Shown here: positions 38,577 to 50,145 of the stretch, piece by piece | How the letters are laid out: every line of letters starts with the position of its first letter | How positions within the stretch are numbered: position 1 is the first letter of the stretch | Source of the DNA: Candidatus Bathyarchaeota archaeon | GTDB lineage: Archaea > Thermoproteota > Bathyarchaeia > Bathyarchaeales > Bathycorpusculaceae | Reading direction: 5' to 3' | NCBI GenBank assembly: GCA_963772455.1 | Contig: CAVYXJ010000011.1 | Span: 1-64,000 of the forward strand | DNA length: 64,000 nucleotides | Translations under genes and position numbers: made by a program | The notes under the pieces: generated by a model | Databases searched by the model: none | Told to the model about the DNA's origin: nothing | The model's input: the letters and a program-made list of their open reading frames with translations, nothing else

Positions 38577-39119
38577 ATGGTTGACGAACAAGAATCTAAC
38601 CCAGATAATTTTGAAGTACGCCTTGAATGCGAAAAAAAACGTTCCGAAGATTACCTGACTAGGCTAAAGTATTTACAAGCAGATTTCGAAAACTTTAAGA
38701 AACGCAACGATCGAGAAGCGGAGCAAATAAAAAACTATGGCAACGAACGGTTAGTAATCCAACTATTAGATGTTGTTGACGAACTGGAATTAGCAATTAA
38801 GAACGGCGAAATCTCAACGTCACCTGAATCCTTGATAGAAGGTGTTGAATTGACTTTAAAGAAGCTAAGAAAAGTTCTTGAGCAAGAAGGAGTAACACCA
38901 ATAGAAAACCCTGAAGGGAAAGTTTTGGATCCCTCACGTCATAACGCTATTGCCGTTGTAGAGCGAGATGATGTAACGGACTCTACAGTAATTGAAGAAA
39001 TAAGAAAAGGATATATTATGAAAGGAAAGGTCATTCGACCAACAATTGTCAAGGTAGCTGTTAAACCAAAAAATAATAAAAATCAAAGTAACCAAACGGA
39101 GGAAAAAAATAATGAGTAA
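38577..39119 (+). CDS. grpE: Nucleotide exchange factor GrpE
   Basis: [27 protein letters not shown] and RKGY...VIRP..VKV. Confidence 0.95.
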   Translation: MVDEQESNPDNFEVRLECEKKRSEDYLTRLKYLQADFENFKKRNDREAEQIKNYGNERLVIQLLDVVDELELAIKNGEISTSPESLIEGVELTLKKLRKVLEQEGVTPIENPEGKVLDPSRHNAIAVVERDDVTDSTVIEEIRKGYIMKGKVIRPTIVKVAVKPKNNKNQSNQTEEKNNE

Positions 39120-41037
39120 TCAAAAAACAAATGAAAAAGTATTAGGAATAGATTTAGGAACAACCAATTCAGCAGCCGCCATCTATGAAGGCGGACATTC
39201 CACTGTAATCCCAAGCGCTGAAGGCCCAACTATGGCGGGAAAAATGTTTCCATCAGTTGTCGCCTTCACAAAAGATGGGCAGCTTCTAGTTGGAGAATCG
39301 GCAAAACGCCAAGCAACTACCAACAGTGAAGGAACCATTTTTGAAATAAAACGCAAAATGGGCACAGACTACAAAGTCAACATTTATGGAAAAGATTATA
39401 GTCCACAACAGATTTCAGCGTTCATTCTGCAGAAAATAAAGAAAGACGCCGAAACCTATCTTGGTGGATCCATAAGCAAAGCCGTAATTACGGTTCCAGC
39501 TCACTTCAACGACAACCAACGCCAAGCCACCAAAGATGCAGGTGAAATCGCAGGATTCCAAGTCATGCGTATTATCAATGAACCCACCGCGGCATGTCTT
39601 GCATACGGCATAGACAAAGTACAACAAGAAATGAAGATTCTCGTGTTCAGCTTCGGCGGAGGAACCCACGATGTGACTGTGATGGACTTTGGCAAAGGAG
39701 TCTTCCAAGTGCTCAGCACTAGCGGCGATACCCAATTAGGCGGAACAGATGTTGACAAAGCAGTAATGGACTATATTGTAGGCGAGTTCAAACGCCAAAC
39801 AGGCATAGAAGTTAGCGGCGACAAGATGGCAATGGCACGACTGAAAGAAGCTGCGGAAAAAGCAAAAATCGAACTCTCAACTCTAATGAGCACCGACATT
39901 GACCTACCATTCCTAACTGCAGATGCATCAGGACCAAAACACTTAAAATTATCATTAACCCGAACAAAACTGGAATCTTTAGCTCAACCCGTCGTTCAAA
40001 AAACCCAACGCACTCTAGAAAAAGCATTAGAGGACGCAAAATTGACGCCCCAAGGGATCGACAAAATAATTCTAATTGGCGGCATGACCAGAATGCCTCT
40101 AGTTCAGCGGTTCGTGGAGCAAATCTTGGGCAAAGCGCCAGAACGCGGAATTGACCCCATGGAAAGCGTTGCCATAGGTGCAGCAATCCAGGGCGCAGTC
40201 GTTTCTGGGGAAGTTACCGACCTTCTGTTACTTGATGTCACACCCTTATCGTTAGGGCTTGAGACTATGGGCGGCGTCATGACAAAAGTCATGGATAAAA
40301 ACACAACGATTCCAACAAAACGCAGCCAAGTCTTCACCACCGCTGCAGATTTCCAAACCGCGGTAACTATCCACGTACTCCAAGGCGAAAGACCAATGGC
40401 AGCAAACAATGTATCACTGGGCGAATTCAACTTAGTCGATTTGCCACCAGCGCCACGCGGGGTACCCCAAATAGAAGTGACCTTCGACATAGATGCAAAC
40501 GGAATACTAAACGTAACCGCCAAAGACCGAGCCACAGGAAAACAATCTAAAATTACTATATCAGCATCCACAAAATTGTCAAAAGAAGAGAAAGAAAAAC
40601 TAATCAAAGATGCAGAACAATTTGCCGAGCAAGACCGAAAAACTAAAGAAGACGCCGAAACACGCAACACCGCCGATAGCATGGTCTACACAGCTGAACG
40701 CACCAAATCTGACCTTGCAGGTAAACTCTCAACTGAAGAAACAGCTAAAATCGACACTGCAATTAACGAAGTCAAAAATGCGTTAGCAAGCAACGACATG
40801 GTACAAGTCAAAGCAAAATCTGATGCTCTACAAAAGGTTCTCCAAGAAGTAGGTACCAAAGTCTACCAACAAGCAGCAGCCGAAGCAGCTAAACAACAAG
40901 GACAACAGCCAGGCGATCAACAAGCAGGTCCACAAGGAGCGGGACCAGAAATGCCTCCAAGCGGCGGACCAGGACCTGAAGAGCAAGGTCCAGGCGAAGA
41001 AAAAGTAGTCGATTCCGAAGACTATAAGGTAAAATAA
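39112..41037 (+). CDS. dnaK: Chaperone DnaK (Hsp70)
   Basis: [35 protein letters not shown] and [20 protein letters not shown]. Confidence 0.98.
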   Translation: MSNQKTNEKVLGIDLGTTNSAAAIYEGGHSTVIPSAEGPTMAGKMFPSVVAFTKDGQLLVGESAKRQATTNSEGTIFEIKRKMGTDYKVNIYGKDYSPQQISAFILQKIKKDAETYLGGSISKAVITVPAHFNDNQRQATKDAGEIAGFQVMRIINEPTAACLAYGIDKVQQEMKILVFSFGGGTHDVTVMDFGKGVFQVLSTSGDTQLGGTDVDKAVMDYIVGEFKRQTGIEVSGDKMAMARLKEAAEKAKIELSTLMSTDIDLPFLTADASGPKHLKLSLTRTKLESLAQPVVQKTQRTLEKALEDAKLTPQGIDKIILIGGMTRMPLVQRFVEQILGKAPERGIDPMESVAIGAAIQGAVVSGEVTDLLLLDVTPLSLGLETMGGVMTKVMDKNTTIPTKRSQVFTTAADFQTAVTIHVLQGERPMAANNVSLGEFNLVDLPPAPRGVPQIEVTFDIDANGILNVTAKDRATGKQSKITISASTKLSKEEKEKLIKDAEQFAEQDRKTKEDAETRNTADSMVYTAERTKSDLAGKLSTEETAKIDTAINEVKNALASNDMVQVKAKSDALQKVLQEVGTKVYQQAAAEAAKQQGQQPGDQQAGPQGAGPEMPPSGGPGPEEQGPGEEKVVDSEDYKVK

Positions 41038-41229
41038 AAACCAAACTTTTCCTTTTTGTTTCAATTTTTTAAAAAAAACTAAATTGCATTACAAATATAT
41101 CCACAAAATCAGTTTACAAAAAACCCTTCAACCCAAAAAAACAAGTGGAAAAAGGGGAAATGGTATAAAAGGCAGACTTGAGCATCCTATAAAAGACGTT
41201 AATAAAAATTTAATTTAGCGGTAAAACCA

Positions 41230-42348
41230 ATGGCTGAAAAACGAGATTATTATGAAGTTCTTAGCGTACAAAAAGGCGCATCCAAAGACGAAATCAAGGA
41301 CTCCTACCGTAAGTTAGCGATGCAATTTCATCCAGATCGCAACAAGGAGGCAGGAGCCGAAGAGAAATTCAAAGAAATCTCTGAAGCATATGCTGTTCTT
41401 AGCGACGACCAAAAACGACAACAATACGATCAGCTTGGCCATTCAGGTTTTGATCAAAGATATAAACAGGAAGATATTTTCCGAGGAGCAGACTTCGACT
41501 CTGTTTTCAGAGATATGGGTTTCGGAGATGTATTTCGAAGCATATTTGGTGGAGGCGGAGGCTTTGGCGGTTTTGGAGAAGAGCGCAACCGCGGACAGGA
41601 TCTCGCTTACAACCTTGAAATTACCCTCGAAGAAGCTGCCAGAGGTACCGAAAAAGAAATTGAAATCCCAAGGACCGAAAGATGCGAAGTATGCAATGGC
41701 TCTGGAGCAAATCCTGGCACTTCAGCTAAAATATGTCCGCGGTGTGGTGGCGAAGGTAAGATTCAGAACATGCGTAAAGCAGGCTTCGCTATGTACGTCC
41801 AAGTTACTGTTTGTCCATTGTGCAAAGGAAAAGGTAGACTAATAGAATCTCCATGCAACAACTGTCATGGCTCGGGATTAGTTCGAAGAAGACGCAAAAT
41901 CACCGTTAAAGTGCCTATGGGCATAGATGAGGGAACCCAACTTAGGCTACGAGGAGAAGGCGAAATGGCAGCTAACGACGGCGAACCAGGAGACCTCTAT
42001 GTTGTGGTTCACGTCAAGCAGAACCCCCAGTTTATGAGAGAAGGAGACGACCTCTGGCATGTAGCTTTCATCAATTACCCACAAGCTGCACTAGGCGCAG
42101 AAATTTCAATACCAACCTTAGATGGACCAACAACAATTAAGATCCATCCTGGAACGCAACCAGGCGAAACTATAACGATTAGAGGAAAAGGAATGCCAAG
42201 ATTCAGGGGTTACGGTAGAGGAGATTTACATGTACGCATAGGAGTTTCAGTTCCCGAGAAACTTACTGGTCCACAGAAAATACTTTTAGAACAATTAGCC
42301 AAAGAACTAGGTACAGATGTCTCAAAGAGCCATAAGTTCCGGCTGTAA
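41230..42348 (+). CDS. dnaJ: Chaperone DnaJ
   Basis: J domain with HPD, G/F-rich region and four CxxCxGxG repeats. Confidence 0.97.
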   Translation: MAEKRDYYEVLSVQKGASKDEIKDSYRKLAMQFHPDRNKEAGAEEKFKEISEAYAVLSDDQKRQQYDQLGHSGFDQRYKQEDIFRGADFDSVFRDMGFGDVFRSIFGGGGGFGGFGEERNRGQDLAYNLEITLEEAARGTEKEIEIPRTERCEVCNGSGANPGTSAKICPRCGGEGKIQNMRKAGFAMYVQVTVCPLCKGKGRLIESPCNNCHGSGLVRRRRKITVKVPMGIDEGTQLRLRGEGEMAANDGEPGDLYVVVHVKQNPQFMREGDDLWHVAFINYPQAALGAEISIPTLDGPTTIKIHPGTQPGETITIRGKGMPRFRGYGRGDLHVRIGVSVPEKLTGPQKILLEQLAKELGTDVSKSHKFRL

Positions 42349-42455
42349 TTTCCATTTTTTCAATAAAAGTACCCCACCATATCGACGCCAACAATAAATA
42401 TTTAAACCATAATCAACAAATACAGATTAACTAAACTTTTAGGAGAAAGAAAAAA

Positions 42456-42875
42456 ATGGCAATTGACATAGCTTCTACATTAATTGGGCTTTTAGTTTCA
42501 ATCATTGTAATGGTTATCTTTGCAATGCCAGCGCTTTGGATTTCAGGAAGACTTTTAGCAGGCAAACAAAATGCAAAATTCACAGATGCTTTATGGATTG
42601 TCATATTAGGCGCAGTAATTTTCTACTTTTTCAACTTCTTCCTTACCGACATACTCTCAGGATTCACTACAATAATATCCTATATCGTATTGCTCATCAT
42701 TTGGTTAGGATTGGTAAAACACTTCTTTGACTGCGGATGGCTCAAGGCTTTGGCAATAAGCATCATAACAATTATAATCGCAATAATCTTCATGATAATC
42801 ATTGCATTCGTGCTGGCAATAATAGGGATCGGTGCAGGCTGGATTCCTATACCACAACAAATCAATAGTTTCTAA
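42456..42875 (+). CDS. Hydrophobic membrane protein of unknown function
   Basis: About four TM segments and an aggag RBS. Confidence 0.75.
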   Translation: MAIDIASTLIGLLVSIIVMVIFAMPALWISGRLLAGKQNAKFTDALWIVILGAVIFYFFNFFLTDILSGFTTIISYIVLLIIWLGLVKHFFDCGWLKALAISIITIIIAIIFMIIIAFVLAIIGIGAGWIPIPQQINSF

Positions 42876-43058
42876 AAACAATCTCCTTCTTTATTTTTTT
42901 AGATTTTTATATTGATTACGATTAGAAAATGAATAATATCGAGCTAACGCTTAATCAAAGTAAAATTTCAATCAGTTAGCCAACGTGATAAAAAAGATAA
43001 ATTCAACTTTAAGAAAAATCATTTTACAAAAAATAAAAAAAGAAAGATTGATTATGGT

Positions 43059-45017
43059 TTATTTTTTCTCGAGTTGCTTTCGCAGTTCTGCGTATGTTGC
43101 TTTGATATCTTCGATTGAGCCTTCGTCTTCAATGGTTGATGTGTCGCCAAGAGGTGCACCTGTTAGCACTGCTTTGAGAAGTCTTCTCATGATTTTGCCG
43201 CTGCGGGTCTTTGGCAATTTGTCAACTATTATGACTGCGTCTGGAGTTGCGATTGGACCGATTGTTGTTCTGACGTGTTTTGTGAGTTCTGCTCTGAGTT
43301 CGTCTGAGGGTGTGAATCCGCTGCGTAGTACAACGAATGCTACTGGGACTTCGCCTTTAACCGCGTCTTCTTTGCCCATGACTGCTGCTTCGCTGACTGC
43401 TGGGTGTGAGACTAATGCGCTTTCAAGTTCGACGGTGCCGATTCTGTGTCCTGCTACTTTTAGAACTTCGTCTGCTCTGCCAAGTAACCAGAAGTATCCA
43501 TCAGGGTCGCGTATTGCGTAGTCGCCAACATAATAGATTCCTGGCCATTTGCCGAAGTATGTTTGTTTGAAGCGGTCATTGTCTTTCCAGATTGTTTGCA
43601 GCATTCCTGGCCAAGGAGACTTTATTACTAGGTAGCCTTTGGTTCCTTGTGGCACTGATTGTCCTTTTTCGTCGACGATGTCTGCGTTAACTCCTGGCAA
43701 CGCAAGTGTGGCTGAACCTGGTTTTAGTGGTGTAAGTTCTATGCCTGTTGCGGGAGAAATCATGAATCCTCCTGTTTCTGTTTGCCACCAGGTGTCGATG
43801 ATTGGCAATTTTTCTTTGCCGATCACACGGTAGTACCATTTCCATGCTTCGGGGTTTATGGCTTCGCCGACTGAACCGAGTTCGCGTAGTGTGGACAGGT
43901 CGTGTTTGTTGACCCATTCTTCGCCGAATTTCATGAACATGCGGACTGCGGTTGGTGTGCCGTAGAGTATGGTGACGCCGTGGTTTTCGATCATTTGCCA
44001 CCAGCGGTCTTGAGCTGGATAGTCGGGTGTTCCTTCGAAGAGGAATGCGGTGACTCCCAAGCTTAAGGGTGAATAAACGTTGTATGTGTGACCAGTGATC
44101 CAACCGATGTCTGCAACACACCAGTAAATGTCTTCGTCTGTTGGGTTAAATGCCCATTTGAGTGTCCAGTAAGCCCAAACTAAGTATCCGCCTATGCCAT
44201 GTTGGACACCTTTTGGTTTGCCTGTAGTTCCTGAAGTGTAAAGTATGAACAGTGGGTCAGTTGATTTCATGCTTTCTGGTTCAACGTATGCATTTGCGCC
44301 TGCTGCTGTCAATGCGTCGTGGTACCAGACGTCTCTGCCCTCTTTCATTTGGACTGGTTGACCTGTGCGTTTTACAACGATAACTTTCTCAATGTTTGGC
44401 ATAAGTGATGATGCACGGTCTGCATTATCTTTGATTCCAACTGGTTTGCCTCTTCTGAATGAGCCATCTGCGGTTACAAGGATTTTTGCTCCGCAGTCGT
44501 TTACTCTGTCGGCTAATGCTTCAGCACTAAATCCTGAAAAGACCACAGTGTGAACTCCTCCGATTCTTGCGGTTGCAAGAAGAGTTATTGGCAGTTCAGG
44601 AATAACTGGCAAGAAAACAGCGACGCGGTCGCCTCTTTTGACGCCAGAATCTTTGAGTGCTTTTGCAAGTTTATTCACTTCACGGTATAGTTGATAATAA
44701 GTGTAAGTTTTTACTTCACCCATCTCGCCTTCCCAAATGTAGGCAAGCTTGTTTTTGCGATTGCCCTTCACGTGCCTGTCGATTGCGTTATAGCAGATGT
44801 TGAGTTCTCCATCAGGGAACCAATTAAAAAACGGCGGGTTCGAATCATCCAGCACTTTAGTTGGCGCTTTGAACCAGTCGATGGCTTTTGCTTTTTCTGC
44901 CCAGAATTCTTGAGGGTTCTTAATGGATTTTTCCCATTCTGCTTTGCGTATTTCTCCAGAAGAAACCTTTGCAATACTTGGACTGTATCTATCATTGAAA
45001 GGTAAACTATCGGACAT
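43059..45017 (-). CDS. acs: Acetate--CoA ligase (AMP-forming)
   Basis: LYTSGTTGKPKG, ADIGWITGH, DTWWQTETGG, GHRIGT and LPKTRSGKIMRR. Confidence 0.96.
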   Translation of the reverse strand: MSDSLPFNDRYSPSIAKVSSGEIRKAEWEKSIKNPQEFWAEKAKAIDWFKAPTKVLDDSNPPFFNWFPDGELNICYNAIDRHVKGNRKNKLAYIWEGEMGEVKTYTYYQLYREVNKLAKALKDSGVKRGDRVAVFLPVIPELPITLLATARIGGVHTVVFSGFSAEALADRVNDCGAKILVTADGSFRRGKPVGIKDNADRASSLMPNIEKVIVVKRTGQPVQMKEGRDVWYHDALTAAGANAYVEPESMKSTDPLFILYTSGTTGKPKGVQHGIGGYLVWAYWTLKWAFNPTDEDIYWCVADIGWITGHTYNVYSPLSLGVTAFLFEGTPDYPAQDRWWQMIENHGVTILYGTPTAVRMFMKFGEEWVNKHDLSTLRELGSVGEAINPEAWKWYYRVIGKEKLPIIDTWWQTETGGFMISPATGIELTPLKPGSATLALPGVNADIVDEKGQSVPQGTKGYLVIKSPWPGMLQTIWKDNDRFKQTYFGKWPGIYYVGDYAIRDPDGYFWLLGRADEVLKVAGHRIGTVELESALVSHPAVSEAAVMGKEDAVKGEVPVAFVVLRSGFTPSDELRAELTKHVRTTIGPIATPDAVIIVDKLPKTRSGKIMRRLLKAVLTGAPLGDTSTIEDEGSIEDIKATYAELRKQLEKK

Positions 45018-45200
45018 ATGATATCATTTCCTATTAGATGCTGGGAACAAATAGCCTTTGAGAATATAAGTTTTTTCAACTAAAAAGGTAAAAACAAAAA
45101 AAGAATAGCCCCTTTTGCTTAAACAAGATAAGAATCCTACTGAATAAGAAAACAGAAAGGACTGCGAAATAAGAAAAAATAAAAAGGAAATGGAAGATTT

Positions 45201-45788
45201 TTATTGTTTGACTGGAAAGATTGGCAGGACTGTTTTCTGGTTTGCTTCGTTTAAGACTTCTGCGAGTCCAAGATAAACTGCGCTTCCGCCGCAAATGACG
45301 CCTTCGATGCCAGTGATTGTGTTGAACCAAACTGGGTTGCCAAGTAGTTCGCGTGTTGTTAGCATGAAGAACAGTATTGCCAAGCTCATGAATACGAATT
45401 GTAGTGTGCGGTTTGCTTTTAGGGTGCCAAAGAACATTGCGAAGGTGAATATGCCCCACATGAAGAAGTAGGCTGCCATCGATACGTCATTTGGTGCAGC
45501 GAATCCAGGTGAAATGAATGTTAATTTTGGCAAGACAAGCAGAAGAACAAGTGACCACCAGAAGAAACCGTAAGCGCTAAAAGCTACTGTCCCGAATGTG
45601 TTGCCTTTTTTAAATTCCATGATACCGACGATTATCTGTGCGAGCCCACCGAAAGCTATGCCCATAGCTAGAATCATTGTGTCAAGAGGATTAAAGACGC
45701 CTGCGTTATGCAAGTTTAGCAGTACTGTTGTTAGTCCGAAGCCTAATAGTCCAAGAGGAGCAGGATTAGCTAATTTCTGTATACTCAT
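45201..45788 (-). CDS. satP: Acetate uptake channel, SatP/GPR1/FUN34/YaaH family
   Basis: [17 protein letters not shown] and [14 protein letters not shown]. Start at ATG 45788; lies upstream of acs. Confidence 0.88.
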   Translation of the reverse strand: MSIQKLANPAPLGLLGFGLTTVLLNLHNAGVFNPLDTMILAMGIAFGGLAQIIVGIMEFKKGNTFGTVAFSAYGFFWWSLVLLLVLPKLTFISPGFAAPNDVSMAAYFFMWGIFTFAMFFGTLKANRTLQFVFMSLAILFFMLTTRELLGNPVWFNTITGIEGVICGGSAVYLGLAEVLNEANQKTVLPIFPVKQ

Positions 45789-45834
45789 TGATATTTCCCC
45801 GATTTGATAGTTTAACTGAATTCTACATACTTTT

Positions 45835-48621
45835 TTATAAAGCTTTGGAAATTGATTTGTTTCGCGATCTTGAAGATGCATATTTGCCAACTTCTAAAGT
45901 AGCAAAAACTATTCCTGCAAAGAAAGCAGCTACTGCCCAATCAATCAGTTCCGGCGTATGTACATAAAAGACGGATTGTAGAGTTGGTACGTACAAAATT
46001 ACCAATTGCAAAGCAAAAGATAAGAGAATTGCAATCCAAAGCCACTTATTTTTAAACACTCCAACCTTGAATACAGGATATTTCAATGATCGCATTGAAA
46101 GAGCTATTACAAGCTCCATAGCAATCATGGCTGTAAGCAACTGCGTTCTGGCTTCCAAAAGATGAAAATCACTTGTCCATGGCATATGTGAAAAGTAAGC
46201 CACCAATAACAAAGCAGCCATTAGAGCAGGCATAACACTCAGGTAAACCTTGACATCCTTAGTAAACACGCTTTCATTTGGTTTGCGAGGCTTGCGCTCC
46301 ATTAAATCAGGATCTCCCGGGTCAACGCCCAAAGCAATGGCGGGTAACCCATCGGTAACAAGATTCATCCAAAGCAATTGTACTGCCATCAATGCAATTG
46401 CTGCGTTATTTATTGATTCCAGCCCTTGAACGGTTGAGTTTAATCCAGGCGAAAACACACTAGCAAGATAAGGTACCGACACAACAACTATGAACATAAC
46501 CAAGATTTCCATAATGTTACATTGCAACAAATATGTTAGGTATTTCTTAATGTTATCAAAAATTTCACGTCCTTCCCTCACAGCTTTAACTATGCTAGCA
46601 AAATTATCATCCGCCAAAACCATGTCTGCCGCTTCTTTAGTGACTTCTGTTCCTGAGATGCCCATTGCAATCCCGATATCGCTAATTTTAAGCGCTGGAG
46701 CATCATTCACGCCGTCCCCAGTCATAGCGACCACTTGATCTTTCTTCTTCCAAGCTTTTACTATTCGTACTTTGTGTTCAGGGGCAACGCGGGCATAAAT
46801 GACTACTTCTTCCACAACTTCAGCTAGTTGTTCATCTGTCATTTGTTCAAGTTCTTGTCCAGTTAACACACGACTTGCGATGTCTTTTTCATCTAACAAC
46901 TTGAGTTCTTTGCCGACAGCAGTTGCTGTGAGTTTATGGTCACCTGTAATCATGACTACGCGTATACCTGCTTTTTTACAGATGGCTATGGCATCTTTGA
47001 CTTCGGGCCGTGGTGGATCAATCATACTCATTATGCCAACAAAAATAAAACCTTCTTCCATTTCTTCTTTAAATTCTTCTGCGGAATTGGGAAGTTCTTT
47101 GTAGGCGAATGCTAAATTACGAAGAGCTTGTGAAGCAAATTCTTCTGCAACTTTGAAGTGTTTAATTTGGATCTCTTTACTAAACTCCCGTACTTCGTTG
47201 CCTAAAAGAATTTTATTGCAACATTCAAAAACCATTTCCGGAGCGCCTTTCATATAAGCAATTCTTTTACTGTTTACAGAATGGATTGTTGTCATACGTT
47301 TTCGCTCCGAAGAGAAAGGGACTTCAAAAACCCGAGGTTCTTGATCTTCAAGGGTTTCTTTGCTTAGCTCTGCTTTTTCGGCAGCAACAACTAATGCGCC
47401 TTCCGTTGGGTCACCTCTAATAATCCATTTCCCTGTTTGGGTGTCCTGTTCAAGACCTGAGTCATTGCATAAAACTGCGACTTTAAGAAGAAATTTGAGG
47501 TTTTCGTCAGGGGAAACTTTTTTGTCTTCAACTTGGAATTCGCCTTCTGGATCGTATCCAATACCTGAAACTTTGATATGTTGCTCATTTACGTAAATTC
47601 TTTGAACGGTCATTTCGCCCTTGGTCATTGTTCCTGTCTTATCGCTACAAATAACGCTTGTACTGCCAAGCGTCTCCACCGCAGGCAATCGTTTAACGAT
47701 AGAATTAACTTTAGCCATCCGGTACATACCAATTGCAAGCGCACCTGTAACTATAGCTGGCAACGCCTCAGGCACAGCTGCAACGGCTAAACTGATAGCC
47801 CACAAAACCATGTCCAATACTGGTCGGTGTTCAACAACTACTCCAACAACACCAACACTTACAGCAACAACCAAAGCTAAAATGCCAATCCATTTACCAA
47901 CCCCACTCAAACGCCTCTCTAAAGGGGTATGCTCTTCAGGAGCGGCTTGAACCATCTCTGCTATCTTGCCAAACTCAGTATTCATACCTGAAGTTGTAAC
48001 CACAGCCTTGCCTCTGCCGTAAACAACAACAGTTCCCGTATAGACTATATTGCGTCGATCGTTTAACTGGGTTTGTTCAGGCAACGTAATGCTTAATTTG
48101 TTAACTGGTGAAGATTCACCTGTCAATGAGGCTTCATCTGTTTTCATTGTAAAAGCTTCTATAAGTCTTGCATCTGAAGGTACTTTGTCGCCGGTATAAA
48201 GTAGAATAATGTCTCCTGGGACTAGTTGAGCGGCTGGAATTCTAACTTCTTTTCCATCCCGAAGCACACTTGCAGTAGGAGCTGTCATTTTTTTAAGAGC
48301 TTCAACAGCTTTTTCGCTACGGTATTCTTGGGTGAAACCTAATGTTGCACTTGCTATAACTATTGCCAGAATTATTGCTGCATCAGTGATTTCTCCAACC
48401 GCAAAAGAAAGCCCAATAGCAACAAGAAGAATAATCATAAGAATATCAGTGAATTGCCCCAACAAAAGCTTAAGAGAAGACTTTCCTTTTTCTTTTTTAA
48501 GTTCGTTAGGTCCAAACTGTAATAGACGCTCTTGGGCTTGAAGAGTGGTTAATCCTTTGAGAGTTACTTTTAAGTCGAGCAAGGTTTCTTCAATAGTTTT
48601 ATTATGCCATTGTTTCGTCAT
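45835..48621 (-). CDS. P2A-type (Ca2+-like) cation-transporting P-type ATPase
   Basis: TGES, VPEALP, CSDKTGT, GDPTE, KGAPE, DPPR, TGDGVND and [10 protein letters not shown]. Confidence 0.94.
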   Translation of the reverse strand: MTKQWHNKTIEETLLDLKVTLKGLTTLQAQERLLQFGPNELKKEKGKSSLKLLLGQFTDILMIILLVAIGLSFAVGEITDAAIILAIVIASATLGFTQEYRSEKAVEALKKMTAPTASVLRDGKEVRIPAAQLVPGDIILLYTGDKVPSDARLIEAFTMKTDEASLTGESSPVNKLSITLPEQTQLNDRRNIVYTGTVVVYGRGKAVVTTSGMNTEFGKIAEMVQAAPEEHTPLERRLSGVGKWIGILALVVAVSVGVVGVVVEHRPVLDMVLWAISLAVAAVPEALPAIVTGALAIGMYRMAKVNSIVKRLPAVETLGSTSVICSDKTGTMTKGEMTVQRIYVNEQHIKVSGIGYDPEGEFQVEDKKVSPDENLKFLLKVAVLCNDSGLEQDTQTGKWIIRGDPTEGALVVAAEKAELSKETLEDQEPRVFEVPFSSERKRMTTIHSVNSKRIAYMKGAPEMVFECCNKILLGNEVREFSKEIQIKHFKVAEEFASQALRNLAFAYKELPNSAEEFKEEMEEGFIFVGIMSMIDPPRPEVKDAIAICKKAGIRVVMITGDHKLTATAVGKELKLLDEKDIASRVLTGQELEQMTDEQLAEVVEEVVIYARVAPEHKVRIVKAWKKKDQVVAMTGDGVNDAPALKISDIGIAMGISGTEVTKEAADMVLADDNFASIVKAVREGREIFDNIKKYLTYLLQCNIMEILVMFIVVVSVPYLASVFSPGLNSTVQGLESINNAAIALMAVQLLWMNLVTDGLPAIALGVDPGDPDLMERKPRKPNESVFTKDVKVYLSVMPALMAALLLVAYFSHMPWTSDFHLLEARTQLLTAMIAMELVIALSMRSLKYPVFKVGVFKNKWLWIAILLSFALQLVILYVPTLQSVFYVHTPELIDWAVAAFFAGIVFATLEVGKYASSRSRNKSISKAL

Positions 48622-49180
48622 TATTTTCTTCCTCGACAGAATGTTTTTGATGGTAAATTTTACTATGCTTGTAAAGTGAAACGGTCCCTATTAACAAAAT
48701 TATTAGGCTTAACAAGTAGAGAATCCAGGTGAAAACTGGTCCGTTGTTGGAGATATGCTTTTGCCATTGCCATGGAAAATCTTCAGGTTGCCGCAGTGGC
48801 CAAGCCCCGATTACCAGATAAATAAAACCAAAAGCCGTCAATAATATCGCTATGTATTGCTTGTTGTGGGATACTTCTGGCTTTATTCCACGTATACAGT
48901 AAAAGCAAAGCATAAACGCTCCAACGATCAACGCGGGGAAACTTGTTAGAAAGAAGATTGGATCGATAAAACTACGGGGAAGCAATGTGTTGATTGCTGT
49001 TGGAGGGTAACTAGTCATGTCTTTACCCCAGTCAGTTATAGTCCACTGGCTAAGAATAACTGACGACATATAGAATACTCCATAAGCAGCCAAAAACAGA
49101 GCCAAAGATGCCTCATGGTTTCTCAAATAATTGGAAATTCTGTAAGCAAAAACACGCGGTTGAAACTCACTCATTGGCAA
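48602..49180 (-). CDS. Membrane hypothetical protein overlapping the ATPase start
   Basis: About four TM segments and a 20-nt overlap. Confidence 0.7.
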   Translation of the reverse strand: MPMSEFQPRVFAYRISNYLRNHEASLALFLAAYGVFYMSSVILSQWTITDWGKDMTSYPPTAINTLLPRSFIDPIFFLTSFPALIVGAFMLCFYCIRGIKPEVSHNKQYIAILLTAFGFIYLVIGAWPLRQPEDFPWQWQKHISNNGPVFTWILYLLSLIILLIGTVSLYKHSKIYHQKHSVEEENNDETMA

Positions 49181-49432
49181 ATCCTTGCTATATAAGATAT
49201 TTTTAGTGCACCCTCAAGATATATTAGTTTTGAAAATTGTCAATTTGAACATATCTCTTTTGTCTATTGCTTTCTTATAGTCATATATATTGGATATTTT
49301 CAAGAATCTTTTAGAACCTTCAATAATTCACCCAGGCTTTTTAAGCCATCTAAACCCTCAAAACCAACCATATACAAAAAGTTCTAATGTTTTAAAACTC
49401 ACTACTATAACAATGCCCAAAAAGGTGTTGTT

Positions 49433-50134
49433 ATGAAATTCGAGACCAAAATGCAAGAGATAATACCGCGCACTCAGGACGTAACAAGTTTCAGGTTTTC
49501 CAGACCGACCGATTTAGATTACAAACCAGGGCAGTTTATGTTTGTAACACTAAAACAAGGTGAGAAAGAATTGAGCAAACACTTCAGCTTCAGCAGCAGC
49601 CCAACAGAAAAAGAACATATAGAATTCACGAAGAAATTCACCGATCATGAATATTCATTGGCCTTGAAAGCGGCAAAAATTGGCGATTGGGCAAGAATAG
49701 ATGCGCCATATGGTCAATTTACTTTTGAAGGAGAATACCCAAAAATCGCGTTGCTTGGAGGCGGCATAGGAATAACTCCTTTTTTGAGCATCTGCAAAAA
49801 CGCAACGGACAAGGCTTTGAAAAGTAAAATCACGCTTTTCTATGGGTGCAAGACAGAAAAAGATTTAGCATTCAGAAGTGAACTTGAGAATTTAGCAGAT
49901 AAAAACAAGAATCTGAATCTTGTTTTAATGGTTTCCGAACCTACAGTTCAATGGAAAGGAGCAACAGGCATTATTAACTCTGAGAAAGTAAAACAGCATC
50001 TTCCCGATTATAGAGAAACCATGTTTTTTACTTGTGGACCGCCACCTATGGTCGAAGCTATGGAAAAACTCGTATTAAACTTGGGGTTACCTAAAGAAAA
50101 TTTAAAAAGGGAATACTTTACGGGCTACCAATAA
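49433..50134 (+). CDS. FNR-like FAD/NAD(P)-binding oxidoreductase
   Basis: YKPGQF, FSFSSSP, GGIGITPF, FYG and CGPPPM. Confidence 0.9.
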   Translation: MKFETKMQEIIPRTQDVTSFRFSRPTDLDYKPGQFMFVTLKQGEKELSKHFSFSSSPTEKEHIEFTKKFTDHEYSLALKAAKIGDWARIDAPYGQFTFEGEYPKIALLGGGIGITPFLSICKNATDKALKSKITLFYGCKTEKDLAFRSELENLADKNKNLNLVLMVSEPTVQWKGATGIINSEKVKQHLPDYRETMFFTCGPPPMVEAMEKLVLNLGLPKENLKREYFTGYQ

Positions 50135-50145
50135 AGAAAATGGGG

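Noticed and set aside
40104-40682. Long antisense ORFs (e.g. 40104-40682, 42985-43521, 9511-9936, 2982-3455)
   Set aside because: These are shadows of well-supported genes on the opposite strand and have no recognisable motifs.
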